Positions 45,736 to 55,427 of a stretch of DNA of 64,000 nucleotides are shown one piece after another. This DNA is from Parcubacteria group bacterium (GTDB lineage Bacteria > Patescibacteriota > Minisyncoccia > Phycocordibacterales > Zambryskibacteraceae), in NCBI GenBank assembly GCA_028286565.1, contig JAQBRH010000002.1, forward strand, positions 17,876 through 81,875, in the 5' to 3' direction. The notes beneath the pieces are model-generated. The model was not told where the DNA came from. It saw only the letters and a list, made by a program, of their open reading frames with translations, and searched no databases. A program made the position numbers and the translations under genes. Every line of letters starts with the position of its first letter. Position 1 is the stretch's first letter.

Positions 45736-47030
45736 AAGACCTCTTAAAACGCGCGGTGGTCCTCCTTCTCGAAAAGGAAGCCAAGCTCGCCCTCAAGAAA
45801 TACAAGCCCCGCATCGTGGCCATCACGGGCACCGTGGGCAAGACCTCGACCAAGGACGCCGTCTATACGGCGCTTTCGAGATTTTATTTTACGCGCACGG
45901 CGAAGAAAAGTTTTAATTCCGAATTCGGCGTACCACTCACCATTCTCGACCTGCCGACCGCGTGGTCGAGCCCTGTAGGCTGGATAAAGAATCTATTGAA
46001 CGGTCTTTCGCTTATTCTTTTGCCCAATGCCTACCCCGAGTGGCTCGTCCTTGAGGTCGGAGCCGATAAGCCGGGAGATATCAAATCTGTGACCGAATGG
46101 CTGAAGCCGGATATCACCGTCATCACCAAACTTTCAAAAGTGCCTGTGCACGTCGAAGCCTTTCCCTCCGTGGCAGATGTGTTCGAAGAAAAGGGGAATC
46201 TGGTGAAGGCTCTCAAGAGGGGAGGAACGCTCATTTTGAACGCCGACGACGAGGATGTCCTCGCCTACAAGAACCTGTCCGATGAAAAGGTCATCCTCTT
46301 CGGCAATTCTCCCGACGCAGACGTGAGCGCCCGGGGATATGAGGTTCTGTATGACGAGGACGGAGGAGCCCGAGGCATCACGTTCAAGGTAGTGAGCGAG
46401 GAGGAAGAATACCCGGTCTTCCTCGAAGGCACGCTCGGCGAACACCATGCCTATCATGTGCTTGCGGCTTTCGCCGTATGCAGGGCCCTCGGCGAACACC
46501 TCTCGATCGCCGCCAAAGCCTTCAAGAATCACGAGCCGACTCCCGGCCGCATGAGGATCATCAAGGGGGTTAAAAAGTCGCTCATCCTCGATGATACATA
46601 TAACTCATCTCCTGTGGCCGCCGTTGAGGCTCTGAATACGCTCCAAGCTCTTCCGCGAGCGAAACGAAAGATCGCCGTGCTCGGAGACATGCTTGAGCTC
46701 GGGAAGTTCTCCATCGACGAGCATAAGAAGGTCGGCCTTCTCGCCGCCTCCGCCGCGGACATCGTGGTGACCGTCGGCGTGCGTTCTCGATACACCGCCG
46801 AGGGCGCCCTTCAGGGAGGAATGAAAGAAGATCGCGTGCTGCAATTTGATGATTCGTACGAAGCCGGAGATTATATCCAAAATCTCATTCAAGAAGGCGA
46901 TGCTCTGCTCGTGAAAGGCTCGCAGGGAGTCCGCATGGAGAGAGTGGTCGAAGAGATCATGCTTCATCCTGAAGACAAAGAAACATTATTGGTCAGACAG
47001 GACGCCCAATGGAGAGAACGAAACAAATAA
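45732..47030 (+). CDS. murF: UDP-N-acetylmuramoyl-tripeptide--D-alanyl-D-alanine ligase
   Basis: ITGTVGKTSTKD P-loop and Mur ligase middle/C domains. Confidence 0.85.
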   Translation: MKDLLKRAVVLLLEKEAKLALKKYKPRIVAITGTVGKTSTKDAVYTALSRFYFTRTAKKSFNSEFGVPLTILDLPTAWSSPVGWIKNLLNGLSLILLPNAYPEWLVLEVGADKPGDIKSVTEWLKPDITVITKLSKVPVHVEAFPSVADVFEEKGNLVKALKRGGTLILNADDEDVLAYKNLSDEKVILFGNSPDADVSARGYEVLYDEDGGARGITFKVVSEEEEYPVFLEGTLGEHHAYHVLAAFAVCRALGEHLSIAAKAFKNHEPTPGRMRIIKGVKKSLILDDTYNSSPVAAVEALNTLQALPRAKRKIAVLGDMLELGKFSIDEHKKVGLLAASAADIVVTVGVRSRYTAEGALQGGMKEDRVLQFDDSYEAGDYIQNLIQEGDALLVKGSQGVRMERVVEEIMLHPEDKETLLVRQDAQWRERNK

Positions 47031-47818
47031 ACGGCGTCGAGCTCGCGGATACTATCCTTCTAGGATTGAAAAGTGTGAAGAAAGAGCCAAAGCGCATGAC
47101 GTTTGTTATGTTCGATCCCTCTCCCGCCATCCTTTCCTATATCGCAAGGAAAGAGCGGGCGGGGAAGCTCCTCGGCGTCGACACGGTGAGGATCGAACGG
47201 ACTCCCCGGACTACGGAGGAAGCCGTTTCTATTATTGAAGACTTGAATGCCACAGACACGAACGGAATTGTTATCCAGCTTCCGCTTCCGGAGGGGATAG
47301 ATACAGGCGCGGTCTTAGACGCGCTCGAGCCCGACCTCGATGTGGATATCTTGGGTTCTGAGGCCAAGCGAAAGTTCATGGCTCGAGAAATACATCGCCT
47401 GCCGCCCGTTGCCGGCGCGGTATGGGAAATGCTCACCCGCGAGAAGGTCGCTCTCGAAGGATCGAGGATCGTGGTTCTTGGCCGGGGACGTTTGGTGGGG
47501 GAGCCGGTCGGGATGCTTTTTGAAAGAGAAAAGGTCCCTTTTGAATATATAGATATCCATACATCCAAAGAAAAAACCATCGAACTCCTGGCCTCCGCGG
47601 ACATCATCATTTCGGGAATAGGCGTGCCTCATTTTATTTTGCCCGAGATGGTCAGGGAGGGAGTGGTGATCATCGATGCTGGGACGAGCGAATCGAACGG
47701 CAAGCTCGCGGGGGATATGCATCCGGATACGGCAAAAAAGGCCCTGCTCTACACACCCGTCCCGGGCGGAGTCGGCCCGGTAACCGTCGCCATGCTCTAC
47801 AAAAATCTCTTTATCTGA
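47009..47818 (+). CDS. folD: Bifunctional methylenetetrahydrofolate dehydrogenase/cyclohydrolase
   Basis: C-terminal TPVPGGVGPVTVAMLYKN signature and Rossmann GRGRLVG. Confidence 0.8.
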   Translation: MERTKQINGVELADTILLGLKSVKKEPKRMTFVMFDPSPAILSYIARKERAGKLLGVDTVRIERTPRTTEEAVSIIEDLNATDTNGIVIQLPLPEGIDTGAVLDALEPDLDVDILGSEAKRKFMAREIHRLPPVAGAVWEMLTREKVALEGSRIVVLGRGRLVGEPVGMLFEREKVPFEYIDIHTSKEKTIELLASADIIISGIGVPHFILPEMVREGVVIIDAGTSESNGKLAGDMHPDTAKKALLYTPVPGGVGPVTVAMLYKNLFI

Positions 47819-48005
47819 TTAATGCGATAGATAAAGATTCGGGCGGGGGAAAGAAGGGAACAAGCTGTCCCAAAACATAAAGCCCAAAATGACAAGAGTG
47901 ATCAGGATGACAAGGGTCAAAACGAACGGTTTCTTCATGTGGTAAGTATAGCTCCAAGCTGCAATCTTGAAAATCCGAAGTTTTCTGTTATTGTGTAGGC
48001 CTACT

Positions 48006-48077
48006 GGCCCTATCGTCTAACGGTTAGGACGGGACCTTCTCAAGGTTCAAATCAGAGTTCGATTCTCTGTAGGGTCA
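48006..48077 (+). tRNA. tRNA-Glu (anticodon CUC)
   Basis: GGCCCTA-TC-GTCT-AACGGTTA-GGAC-G-GGACC-TTCTCAA-GGTTC-AAAT-CAGAG-TTCGATT-CTCTG-TAGGGTC-A cloverleaf. Confidence 0.85.
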
Positions 48078-48123
48078 CACTATTTTGTATGATTGTTTAG
48101 CCGCTTTTTCAATCTTTTAAGAT

Positions 48124-48519
48124 GTGCTAAGGTATTCTCGGAATCAGTACCCATCTCTATCCCGAGGAAAAGTGACCAGGAAACGAGACCTCTCGAACAT
48201 CACCCTCCGCCATTTCATTCGAGTGAATGACGGAGACGAAGGACCGACGGTAACCGAGCTTCGAAATCTCGGAGTGAAGATCAACCCGCAGATGATGACG
48301 TGCGTGAACGGGTCGAATCTCCAGAAGCATTGCGAGCTCATCCATGCAAGTGAAGAGGTGATCATCGCCCTCCAGACTGATCGGAGGAAAAAACACCTCA
48401 AGTTCGAGGTCTATCGGCTCAAGACCGACGGCAAGGCTCATCTCCACAAGACGAGGCTCGTACCCCGGGTCTCGGCTCCGGAACCGAAGAAGCCCGTCCG
48501 GCGCCCCAAGGCGAACTAA
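48124..48519 (+). CDS. Hypothetical basic protein (131 aa) downstream of tRNA-Glu
   Basis: ORF only. Confidence 0.4.
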   Translation: MLRYSRNQYPSLSRGKVTRKRDLSNITLRHFIRVNDGDEGPTVTELRNLGVKINPQMMTCVNGSNLQKHCELIHASEEVIIALQTDRRKKHLKFEVYRLKTDGKAHLHKTRLVPRVSAPEPKKPVRRPKAN

Positions 48520-48525
48520 CCCGAA

Positions 48526-48918
48526 GTGTTTTCCTTCAAATTTGGTAAAATAGAAGAAGACTCATACGAGAGGTGGAGCATGCGCAAGCAAGATCCGAAA
48601 GGAGTACGGCAGTGGTATGTCCTATGCATCGACACGGACACGAATGATTCGGTCCGGAGGCTGATCTATGAAGAATACGCCCACACGAACAAGCGCTGCG
48701 CGGACAAGGTTCACCGCGATCTGTGGGAGGTAAGCCACGTGGACTATCGGCGGATCATGGCGTCGCGAGTTTCCGGCGGATTCAAGCTCGAAGTCTACTT
48801 CGACACGAGCGACGGCGGGCCGATCCTCCGCCATCACTTCGAGAAAGAGAGCACGTCGGCGGTCGAGTATGTGCGAAAAATGCTCGCCGCTCGTGCGGCC
48901 CGGCCCGCACCCCGATAA
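48526..48918 (+). CDS. Hypothetical protein (130 aa)
   Basis: ORF only. Confidence 0.4.
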   Translation: MFSFKFGKIEEDSYERWSMRKQDPKGVRQWYVLCIDTDTNDSVRRLIYEEYAHTNKRCADKVHRDLWEVSHVDYRRIMASRVSGGFKLEVYFDTSDGGPILRHHFEKESTSAVEYVRKMLAARAARPAPR

Positions 48919-48970
48919 CCGGGGTGTTTTTATTTTAGAAAAGTCTTGCGTGATACAATGAATATCGATC

Positions 48971-50323
48971 ATGCAACTCTTTCCCCGGAAGAAATCTTCT
49001 CCTAGACATATCAATGATGTTTTCTTCGACCCAAAACGGCAGACCCTCGATCTCAGGGAGAAGACATGGAAGCTCGAATTGAGCCGCAACAAAGTTCTCG
49101 GTTTTTTCAGACATCACGTATGGATGTCGCTTGCCTCACTCATCCTCTTTGTCGGCCTTGTGGTTCTGATCTGGGGCAAGCCTTCCCAAACAAAAGCAGA
49201 CACAATTGTTTTCTATCCTTCCTCATGCCTGGGAGGCTGGAAGAATCCCGACCACGCGGCGGGCAAGCCCGAAGGGGAAAGCGGGAAAAGGGATGATGAT
49301 TTTACGAACCAAAACTCCTCAGTCCTTTCGAACTCCTCGTCTCAGATATTCTGCGGAAGTTTTAAAGGAGAGATTCCTCCTGCCACCACTCCCCAAAAGA
49401 TCATCCTTTCTTTCTATTGGAGACTAAAGGCAGTCGAAGACCCCATCCCGGCTCCCGCCGTCATCACCGACGAGAATGCGAACTCGACACTCGAAGTTAT
49501 TCTTGATACTCCTTCTACCACTCCGACGAGCATTACCAATGAAGTTCCCCCTGCGCCCGAACCGGTTCCGGAATCTTCTCCTGAAACTCCAATTGATCCT
49601 GTTTCTTTTTTCCGCACATTTATACCCGTCGCCTACGCTGAGGAAGTTGCCACTACGACCCCAACTTCTACTCCGGAGGTCCTGCCTGCATCGGACGAAT
49701 TTCTGGAAGTATTGTATACCCTCGACGGTTCGGAGTGGGTTTCCCTCGGCAAGATAAAAGCCGCGGATCTTTCGGCGGCCCGCTTCGAGATTCCCGCTTC
49801 AGCGTATTCAAGGTGGACCGATTTGGCAAAACTCCAGATGCAAATACGCTCTCTCCCGACGTTCGATAATCCAGGCGCACTTTACCTCGACGGTATGGTT
49901 CTTGAGGTTTCGTATGGAGAAGTGGACAAGATACAAGAGGCGTATGAGGATCAGAATAAGCCTCATATAAAAGGCGATGATGCCACCACTACACCTCTTC
50001 GCATTACCGCCGGGTTGGATCAAAATAATATAGAGATACTTAAAATATCGAGCGACTCGGACACGTTGGGAGGCATTGATGTTTACAACGCCGTAACGGA
50101 CACGCTTGTGCTAACAGCCAACCCCGATCAAACTTCGTCATACGAAGTTTCGGTCCTCTACTTTACGCCGGGCGTCTATACGCTTCTCCGGCGGGATTCT
50201 CAAACTTCCTGCAATAACCTTTCGCTTAAGGCCTGTAGATTTCAAGAAGGGTTTAAAGATGAAACGATGTTTCAAATCATTGCTCCCGTGGCTTCTTCTA
50301 CACCTGAAGATATGAATCCATAG
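48971..50323 (+). CDS. Type-II membrane protein with large extracellular Pro/Thr-rich and beta-rich domains, hypothetical
   Basis: TM at residues about 50-70, PT-rich linker, no recognised catalytic motifs. Confidence 0.55.
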   Translation: MQLFPRKKSSPRHINDVFFDPKRQTLDLREKTWKLELSRNKVLGFFRHHVWMSLASLILFVGLVVLIWGKPSQTKADTIVFYPSSCLGGWKNPDHAAGKPEGESGKRDDDFTNQNSSVLSNSSSQIFCGSFKGEIPPATTPQKIILSFYWRLKAVEDPIPAPAVITDENANSTLEVILDTPSTTPTSITNEVPPAPEPVPESSPETPIDPVSFFRTFIPVAYAEEVATTTPTSTPEVLPASDEFLEVLYTLDGSEWVSLGKIKAADLSAARFEIPASAYSRWTDLAKLQMQIRSLPTFDNPGALYLDGMVLEVSYGEVDKIQEAYEDQNKPHIKGDDATTTPLRITAGLDQNNIEILKISSDSDTLGGIDVYNAVTDTLVLTANPDQTSSYEVSVLYFTPGVYTLLRRDSQTSCNNLSLKACRFQEGFKDETMFQIIAPVASSTPEDMNP

Positions 50324-50337
50324 TATGATAGAATCAC

Positions 50338-51420
50338 GTGAAGTTAAAAAATAAAAAACTTGCGGCAAGCAGGATCTTTAATGGGATACTCCTTCTCCTT
50401 TTAACTCTGGCTCTCGGCACATATGTTTTGGCTGCCACTCCCAATCCCGGACATCCATGGGCGGAAGTAGGGAACGGAGATTTTCAAGTGACCGGTGCGA
50501 CAGCTATGCGCACATATACGGTTCCCGATGCCAGTGCTACTCTTCTTACCACAAATGCCCTTGTAACTTCCGCTCAGGGCGGGACAGGGAACGGCTTTAC
50601 TAAATTTTCAGGTCCAACGACAGCCGAAAAGACGTTTACTCTGCCCGATGCGAGCGCCACAGTCCTTACATCGAGTGCCGCGGTGACCCTGGCTCAAGGA
50701 GGCACCAATGCGGCGATCACTGCGGTGAACGGGGGCATAGCGTACTCGACCGCTTCCGCCCTGGCTCTGAGTGCCGCCGGATCTGCGGGCCAGATCCTTC
50801 AGTCCGGAGGTGCCGCCGTGCCTACCTGGTCGACCGCGACATATCCGGCCACGGCAGGTACGGCAGGGAATCATCTTGTCTCAAACGGTACAAACTTTGT
50901 CAGTGCTGCTCAAATGCCGGCTTTTTATGTCGGACAAGGCGTGGCACCGACAGCCGCCTCCGTGACCACAAATGTGACGAACGTTACGTATTTTATATAT
51001 TTAGGCAAGGCCACTAAGGCCTTCACGAGCTGCAATGCCGCCTATCGCGTTACGACAGTTCCGGCGGGCACCTTAACATGGGCAGAGATAGGTATTGCTA
51101 AGGGTACTCCCGCCCTCAACGCAGCTAGCGCCATGACTCGCCTTGGATTCGCCGATGTTTCGGGGGTTGTGACAAGCGCCGTGGTCAAGAAAACCGCCAT
51201 CACCGTCTCGTCTGTGACTATTGGAGACGACTTGTGGTTTGCCTGGGGAGGGCAGTATGTTACTACTCAGTGGCAAGGTCGCGCCACGCTTCAAGATGAT
51301 ATCCAAAGCGGCGTAGTGCAGCAGTTTGCCGGCAGATTTTCTACTATGGGCGCTGCGGCAGCCTCTACCTTGAGCGCGAACACGCTCTTGCCCTTAGAAG
51401 TTGCCGTTAGCTGTACCTAA
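50338..51420 (+). CDS. Secreted protein with tandem about 33-aa repeats (TFTLPDASATVLT...AQGGTN), hypothetical
   Basis: Signal anchor; internal repeats YTVPDASATLLTTNALVTSAQGGTGNG / TFTLPDASATVLTSSAAVTLAQGGTNAA. Confidence 0.55.
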   Translation: MKLKNKKLAASRIFNGILLLLLTLALGTYVLAATPNPGHPWAEVGNGDFQVTGATAMRTYTVPDASATLLTTNALVTSAQGGTGNGFTKFSGPTTAEKTFTLPDASATVLTSSAAVTLAQGGTNAAITAVNGGIAYSTASALALSAAGSAGQILQSGGAAVPTWSTATYPATAGTAGNHLVSNGTNFVSAAQMPAFYVGQGVAPTAASVTTNVTNVTYFIYLGKATKAFTSCNAAYRVTTVPAGTLTWAEIGIAKGTPALNAASAMTRLGFADVSGVVTSAVVKKTAITVSSVTIGDDLWFAWGGQYVTTQWQGRATLQDDIQSGVVQQFAGRFSTMGAAAASTLSANTLLPLEVAVSCT

Positions 51421-51421
51421 T

Positions 51422-52408
51422 ATGCGAAGGCTGAATACAGTCATTTCTTGCTACGTGGTATTGCTATTTTTGATACCACAATTTGTTTTCGCAGCACTTT
51501 CGTGCTCGATCACTACCGCAGCCGCATGCACGAGTCCGAGCGCGATCATCTTGCGCATGTCAGCGGCCTCGAATGCGCATGCGGAGCTTCCGGGTCAGTC
51601 GACCGCCGGGTATGCGTCGAACGTCGTCTGCTGTACTGGCGGCACGGGGCTTGGGACGAGTTGCTCGGGTACTTTTGATACCGTCGCAAAACTGTCTGCG
51701 GTAACAAATGCCCATATCCAGCAAAATACTCAAAGTGGATATGCACAGAATGCTTGTATGTCGGTAACATCCGGAACAGTAAGCATTGGATATGTATCAG
51801 GGAGTTGTACAGGCTTCGATACGACACTTGCCTCTATGTCAGCAACGACAAATGCTCAGATGGGCAGTCCAGCGACATATACTACAAGAATTTGCGGATC
51901 AGCCGCGGCCGCCGTGACTCAAAACTTATCCTTCGCGCTTTCAGCGAACACTATTGGATTCGGCACGCTGTCTTCCGCCGCCGCCCGCTATGCCACGTCG
52001 GACTCATTGGGAAGTGCGTCTGAGATCGAAGCCCATACCCTGAGCGTTTCGTCGAATGCGGCAAGCGGATATGCGGTCACCGTTATGGGGGCGACCATGA
52101 CCTCTTCACAAAACGTCTCGAATACCATCACCGCGCTGGCCGCCAACACCGCATCATCCGCAGGTACGGAGCAGTTCGGCCTCCGCATGACGGCCGCGGG
52201 AGGCGTGGGTTCCGTGACTGCGCCGTATGCCGCGGCGGGATTTGCGTATGCGGGTACTGCGGGAACGGCAAGCCAAGTGGCCGCGGCGGGAACAGGGGAC
52301 GGGGTATCGACGGTCTACTCAGTTCGATATCTTGCAAACGTCGGCGCAACAACGGAATCCGGGACATACTCTTCGAGTCTTGTATATGTGGCCACAGCCA
52401 ATTTTTGA
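51422..52408 (+). CDS. Secreted Cys-rich surface protein, paralog A (shared C-terminal beta-rich domain ending SLVYVATANF)
   Basis: C-terminal about 170 aa alignable to 52485..53534 product (ANTIGFGTL.S.AARYA...L.VS.NA..GY..TV.GAT.TS.QNV.NTITA...YLAN...TTE.GTY..SLVYVATANF). Confidence 0.6.
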   Translation: MRRLNTVISCYVVLLFLIPQFVFAALSCSITTAAACTSPSAIILRMSAASNAHAELPGQSTAGYASNVVCCTGGTGLGTSCSGTFDTVAKLSAVTNAHIQQNTQSGYAQNACMSVTSGTVSIGYVSGSCTGFDTTLASMSATTNAQMGSPATYTTRICGSAAAAVTQNLSFALSANTIGFGTLSSAAARYATSDSLGSASEIEAHTLSVSSNAASGYAVTVMGATMTSSQNVSNTITALAANTASSAGTEQFGLRMTAAGGVGSVTAPYAAAGFAYAGTAGTASQVAAAGTGDGVSTVYSVRYLANVGATTESGTYSSSLVYVATANF

Positions 52409-52484
52409 TTCTTATCCCCAGTGTGTCGGAATGTTTAAGCTTTTGTGATAATATTTAGAAGTAAATAGCCCCTTAATCAATCAG

Positions 52485-53534
52485 ATGAAATCTCCATTTA
52501 ATAAAGTGTTTTACATCTTTGCATGTCTCCTTCTAATTTTTTCAAACGTCTCTCTCGCTTCCGCCGCCGCCTTGACCTCTTTCTCGGATACAATGTCCAG
52601 ACAAACCATCAGCACGAACTCGAGCCATGTCCTCAAATTTACTACCCCCACCGGTGTGGCGATCAGCCAGACAGTGAAATACACCTTCCCGACCGGTTTC
52701 AATTTCACTAGCTCAACCTTCGCAAACGTCACTATCAGCTGGGGTACCACTACCGGCCTCGAAAACTCGACTACTACCGCCTCTTCTAACTCCGCTACGG
52801 CTTGGGGCGCGGCCTTCTCCGGTTCGAACAATGTAGTGTTGACCTTGACCGCCCCTTCAGGCGCTGGAAATAACATTCCCGCCGGCAAGATCATGATCGT
52901 TACCATCGCAAGCACCAATTCCGTCAACCCCTCGGGCGCCACTACCTATTCTATCGGCGTTATCGGCAGCTTCGGCGATACGGGAACGACCACGGTAAAT
53001 ATTATCGGAGACGATACGGTCGCAGTTTCCGGCACGGTCCCTCAGGCCATCACCTTTGCCATCTCCGCTAATACCATCGGTTTCGGCACCCTCGATTCCG
53101 GCGCCGCACGATATGCAAATACGACCACAGGTTCAGCCTCTGACGTCGTTGCTCACACCCTGGCCGTTTCAACCAATGCGCCTACCGGCTATACCATTAC
53201 TGTCCAAGGAGCAACTCTTACCTCTCAACAAAATGTGGCGAACACCATCACGGCCATAGGCGCAAGCCCCGCTACGTCGAGCACGGGGAATGAGCAGTTC
53301 GGTATCTACGCCTCCAAGGCCGGAGGCACGAACGGTACCATCGCTTCTCCGTACGTTACCGTTTCGTCGTTCGGATATAACGCCACCGCGGGCTCTGCGG
53401 CGACCTTTGCTTCCGGTACGAGCGCCACCGCCACCGAGACCTACTCCCTCCACTATTTGGCGAACATCGCCCCTACCACCGAAGCCGGCACATACGCCGC
53501 AAGCCTCGTTTATGTAGCCACTGCGAACTTTTAG
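52485..53534 (+). CDS. Secreted surface protein, paralog B (signal peptide ending AAALTSFSD; same C-terminal domain)
   Basis: See paralog A; signal region resembles SipW/TasA-type cleavage context (tentative). Confidence 0.6.
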   Translation: MKSPFNKVFYIFACLLLIFSNVSLASAAALTSFSDTMSRQTISTNSSHVLKFTTPTGVAISQTVKYTFPTGFNFTSSTFANVTISWGTTTGLENSTTTASSNSATAWGAAFSGSNNVVLTLTAPSGAGNNIPAGKIMIVTIASTNSVNPSGATTYSIGVIGSFGDTGTTTVNIIGDDTVAVSGTVPQAITFAISANTIGFGTLDSGAARYANTTTGSASDVVAHTLAVSTNAPTGYTITVQGATLTSQQNVANTITAIGASPATSSTGNEQFGIYASKAGGTNGTIASPYVTVSSFGYNATAGSAATFASGTSATATETYSLHYLANIAPTTEAGTYAASLVYVATANF

Positions 53535-53546
53535 GGCCTACGCCGC

Positions 53547-54515
53547 ATGAAAATCTCCACTTTTATCCGAATCGTGCTGGTAAGTCTTTTCGTGGTCGTG
53601 CCTATGAGAAGGACAATGGCTTTAACTGTTTCTCCGGCCAAGATCGAGATCAGCGCCGATCCCGGTACGACGGTCAGCGGAGAATTTTTAGTGGTAAACG
53701 AAGAAGGGGGGATCAAAACCTTTTATACTTCGTCCGAGAATTTTGAGGCCCAAGGGGAAACCGGCACGCCGAGTTTTGTGCCGGGGGAGAAGGACCTCGC
53801 GTCCTGGACCAAGGTCATTTCGGAAGTGACTCTGGGGAAGGGAGAGCAAAGGAAAATACCTTTTACTATTTCTGTTCCCAATGGAGCTGAAGCGGGGGGC
53901 CATTTTGCGGCAATTTTCCTCAGTACCATTCCACCGGCGAATTCTTCTAATCAGGTGTCGGTGGGATCGAAGATCGGCATCCTCCTCCTTCTGCGAGTTA
54001 GCGGTCCTTTGAAAGAGGGTGGGGGACTCCTCGAATTTTCAACGGAAAATAATAAGCATTTTTATACATCGCTACCGGTGCTCTTTTCCTATAGGTTTCA
54101 AAATTCCGGAAATGACCGCGTAAAGCCGAACGGCACCTTGAAGATCAAGAATTCTCTCTGGCTGACCTCGTATGAAGGATCGGGAAATCCGAGCGAAGGA
54201 AATATTCTTCCGGGAAGCGTCAGAAAATTCAGCCTTGAATGGAAGAAAAATGAGACCTCAGGAGACCCGGTCGGATTCATGGGTGCGCTAAAGAATGAAT
54301 GGAAAAACTTTGCTTTTGGGTTCTATACCGCCCATTTGGACCTTCAGTACGGCTCTACGCCCGATACCGCTTCGCTTTCCACGACGTTCTTCGTGCTCCC
54401 ATGGCACGTCCTGTTGATCGGGCTCGGCATCCTTATCGTTCTTCTCTTTATTTTCTCTCGAATCGTTAAGCGATATAACCGATGGATCATAGAGAAATCT
54501 CGAAGCGCGCTCTAG
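53547..54515 (+). CDS. Surface protein with N-terminal signal, beta-sandwich-like domain and C-terminal TM anchor plus basic tail (DUF916/CscA-like architecture, tentative)
   Basis: Signal; LTVSPAKIEISADPGTTVSGEFLVVNEEGG pilus-chaperone-like strand pattern; C-terminal WHVLLIGLGILIVLLFIFSRIVKRYNRW. Confidence 0.45.
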   Translation: MKISTFIRIVLVSLFVVVPMRRTMALTVSPAKIEISADPGTTVSGEFLVVNEEGGIKTFYTSSENFEAQGETGTPSFVPGEKDLASWTKVISEVTLGKGEQRKIPFTISVPNGAEAGGHFAAIFLSTIPPANSSNQVSVGSKIGILLLLRVSGPLKEGGGLLEFSTENNKHFYTSLPVLFSYRFQNSGNDRVKPNGTLKIKNSLWLTSYEGSGNPSEGNILPGSVRKFSLEWKKNETSGDPVGFMGALKNEWKNFAFGFYTAHLDLQYGSTPDTASLSTTFFVLPWHVLLIGLGILIVLLFIFSRIVKRYNRWIIEKSRSAL

Positions 54516-55426
54516 CCCTTCTTGTCTTTGGTGTCCTAGGCTTCTTCGCTCGCTCGGCATCAGCGCAAGTTATTACCGTGCATAGCACGACGACGGTAAG
54601 CATCACCGCCGAAGTGATCGATCCGAATGCTCCCACGCCAACTCCGACCCCAACCCCCACTCCTGCTCCCGCCGGCGGAGGGGGAGGCGGGGGCGGGGGA
54701 GTTTCTATGGCCGGACAGGTAAAATTTTCCGGGAAGGCCTATCCTGGAACTCTTGTGACATTGCTTGAGAACGCGCGCATCGTAGGCACGACGAGGTCGG
54801 AGAGCGATGCGAGTTTTGCTGTAATGCTCGACGGAGTGAATACCGGGGCGTATGTGTTCAGCCTCTTTTCCGAAGATTATCAAGGCAACAGATCTTCCCT
54901 TGTCACATTTTCCGTCGCCGTATCCGGAGCCGGGATCACGTATGTGTCGAATATTTTTATCGCCCCGACCATTAGCGTGGATAAACAGCAGGTGAAGCAG
55001 GGAGATCCGCTGAAGGTGTTCGGGCAGAGTACTCCGGGCGCGGATATCGGCCTGACAGTGCATTCAACGAACGAGCTTTCGTATACCACCCACACGGACT
55101 CCCAGGGTATTTATCTTTTTACCGTCGATTCATCAAAGCTTGAATTCGGCGATCATTCCACCCAATCCCGGGCATTCCTCAACACTGACGAAAGCTTTCT
55201 CTCCAAGTCCCTCAGTTTCCAGGTCGGACTAAAGAATATCCTGGCGGTGGCCGGGTTCGGTCTCAAGGGGGATCTTAACGGCGACGGCAAGGTAAATCTC
55301 ATCGACTTCTCTATCATGGCGTATTGGTATAAGCGGGCTAATTTCCCCCTAAAGGTCGATTTGAACACCGACGGCAAGATAAATATTACGGATTTCTCGA
55401 TCATGATCTATAACTGGACCGGCTAA
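54482..55426 (+). CDS. Secreted dockerin-domain protein (PT/poly-Gly linker, two Ca-binding dockerin repeats at C-terminus)
   Basis: GDLNGDGKVNLIDFSIMAYWY and VDLNTDGKINITDFSIMIYNW match type-I dockerin duplicated F-hand repeats (DxNxDGxINxxD). Confidence 0.75.
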   Translation: MDHREISKRALALLVFGVLGFFARSASAQVITVHSTTTVSITAEVIDPNAPTPTPTPTPTPAPAGGGGGGGGGVSMAGQVKFSGKAYPGTLVTLLENARIVGTTRSESDASFAVMLDGVNTGAYVFSLFSEDYQGNRSSLVTFSVAVSGAGITYVSNIFIAPTISVDKQQVKQGDPLKVFGQSTPGADIGLTVHSTNELSYTTHTDSQGIYLFTVDSSKLEFGDHSTQSRAFLNTDESFLSKSLSFQVGLKNILAVAGFGLKGDLNGDGKVNLIDFSIMAYWYKRANFPLKVDLNTDGKINITDFSIMIYNWTG

Positions 55427-55427
55427 T

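Noticed and set aside
54640-54710. Simple-sequence DNA (CCAACTCCGACCCCAACCCCCACTCC... then GGCGGAGGGGGAGGCGGGGGC)
   Set aside because: It encodes the PT-repeat and poly-Gly linker of the dockerin protein. It is not a CRISPR or intergenic repeat.
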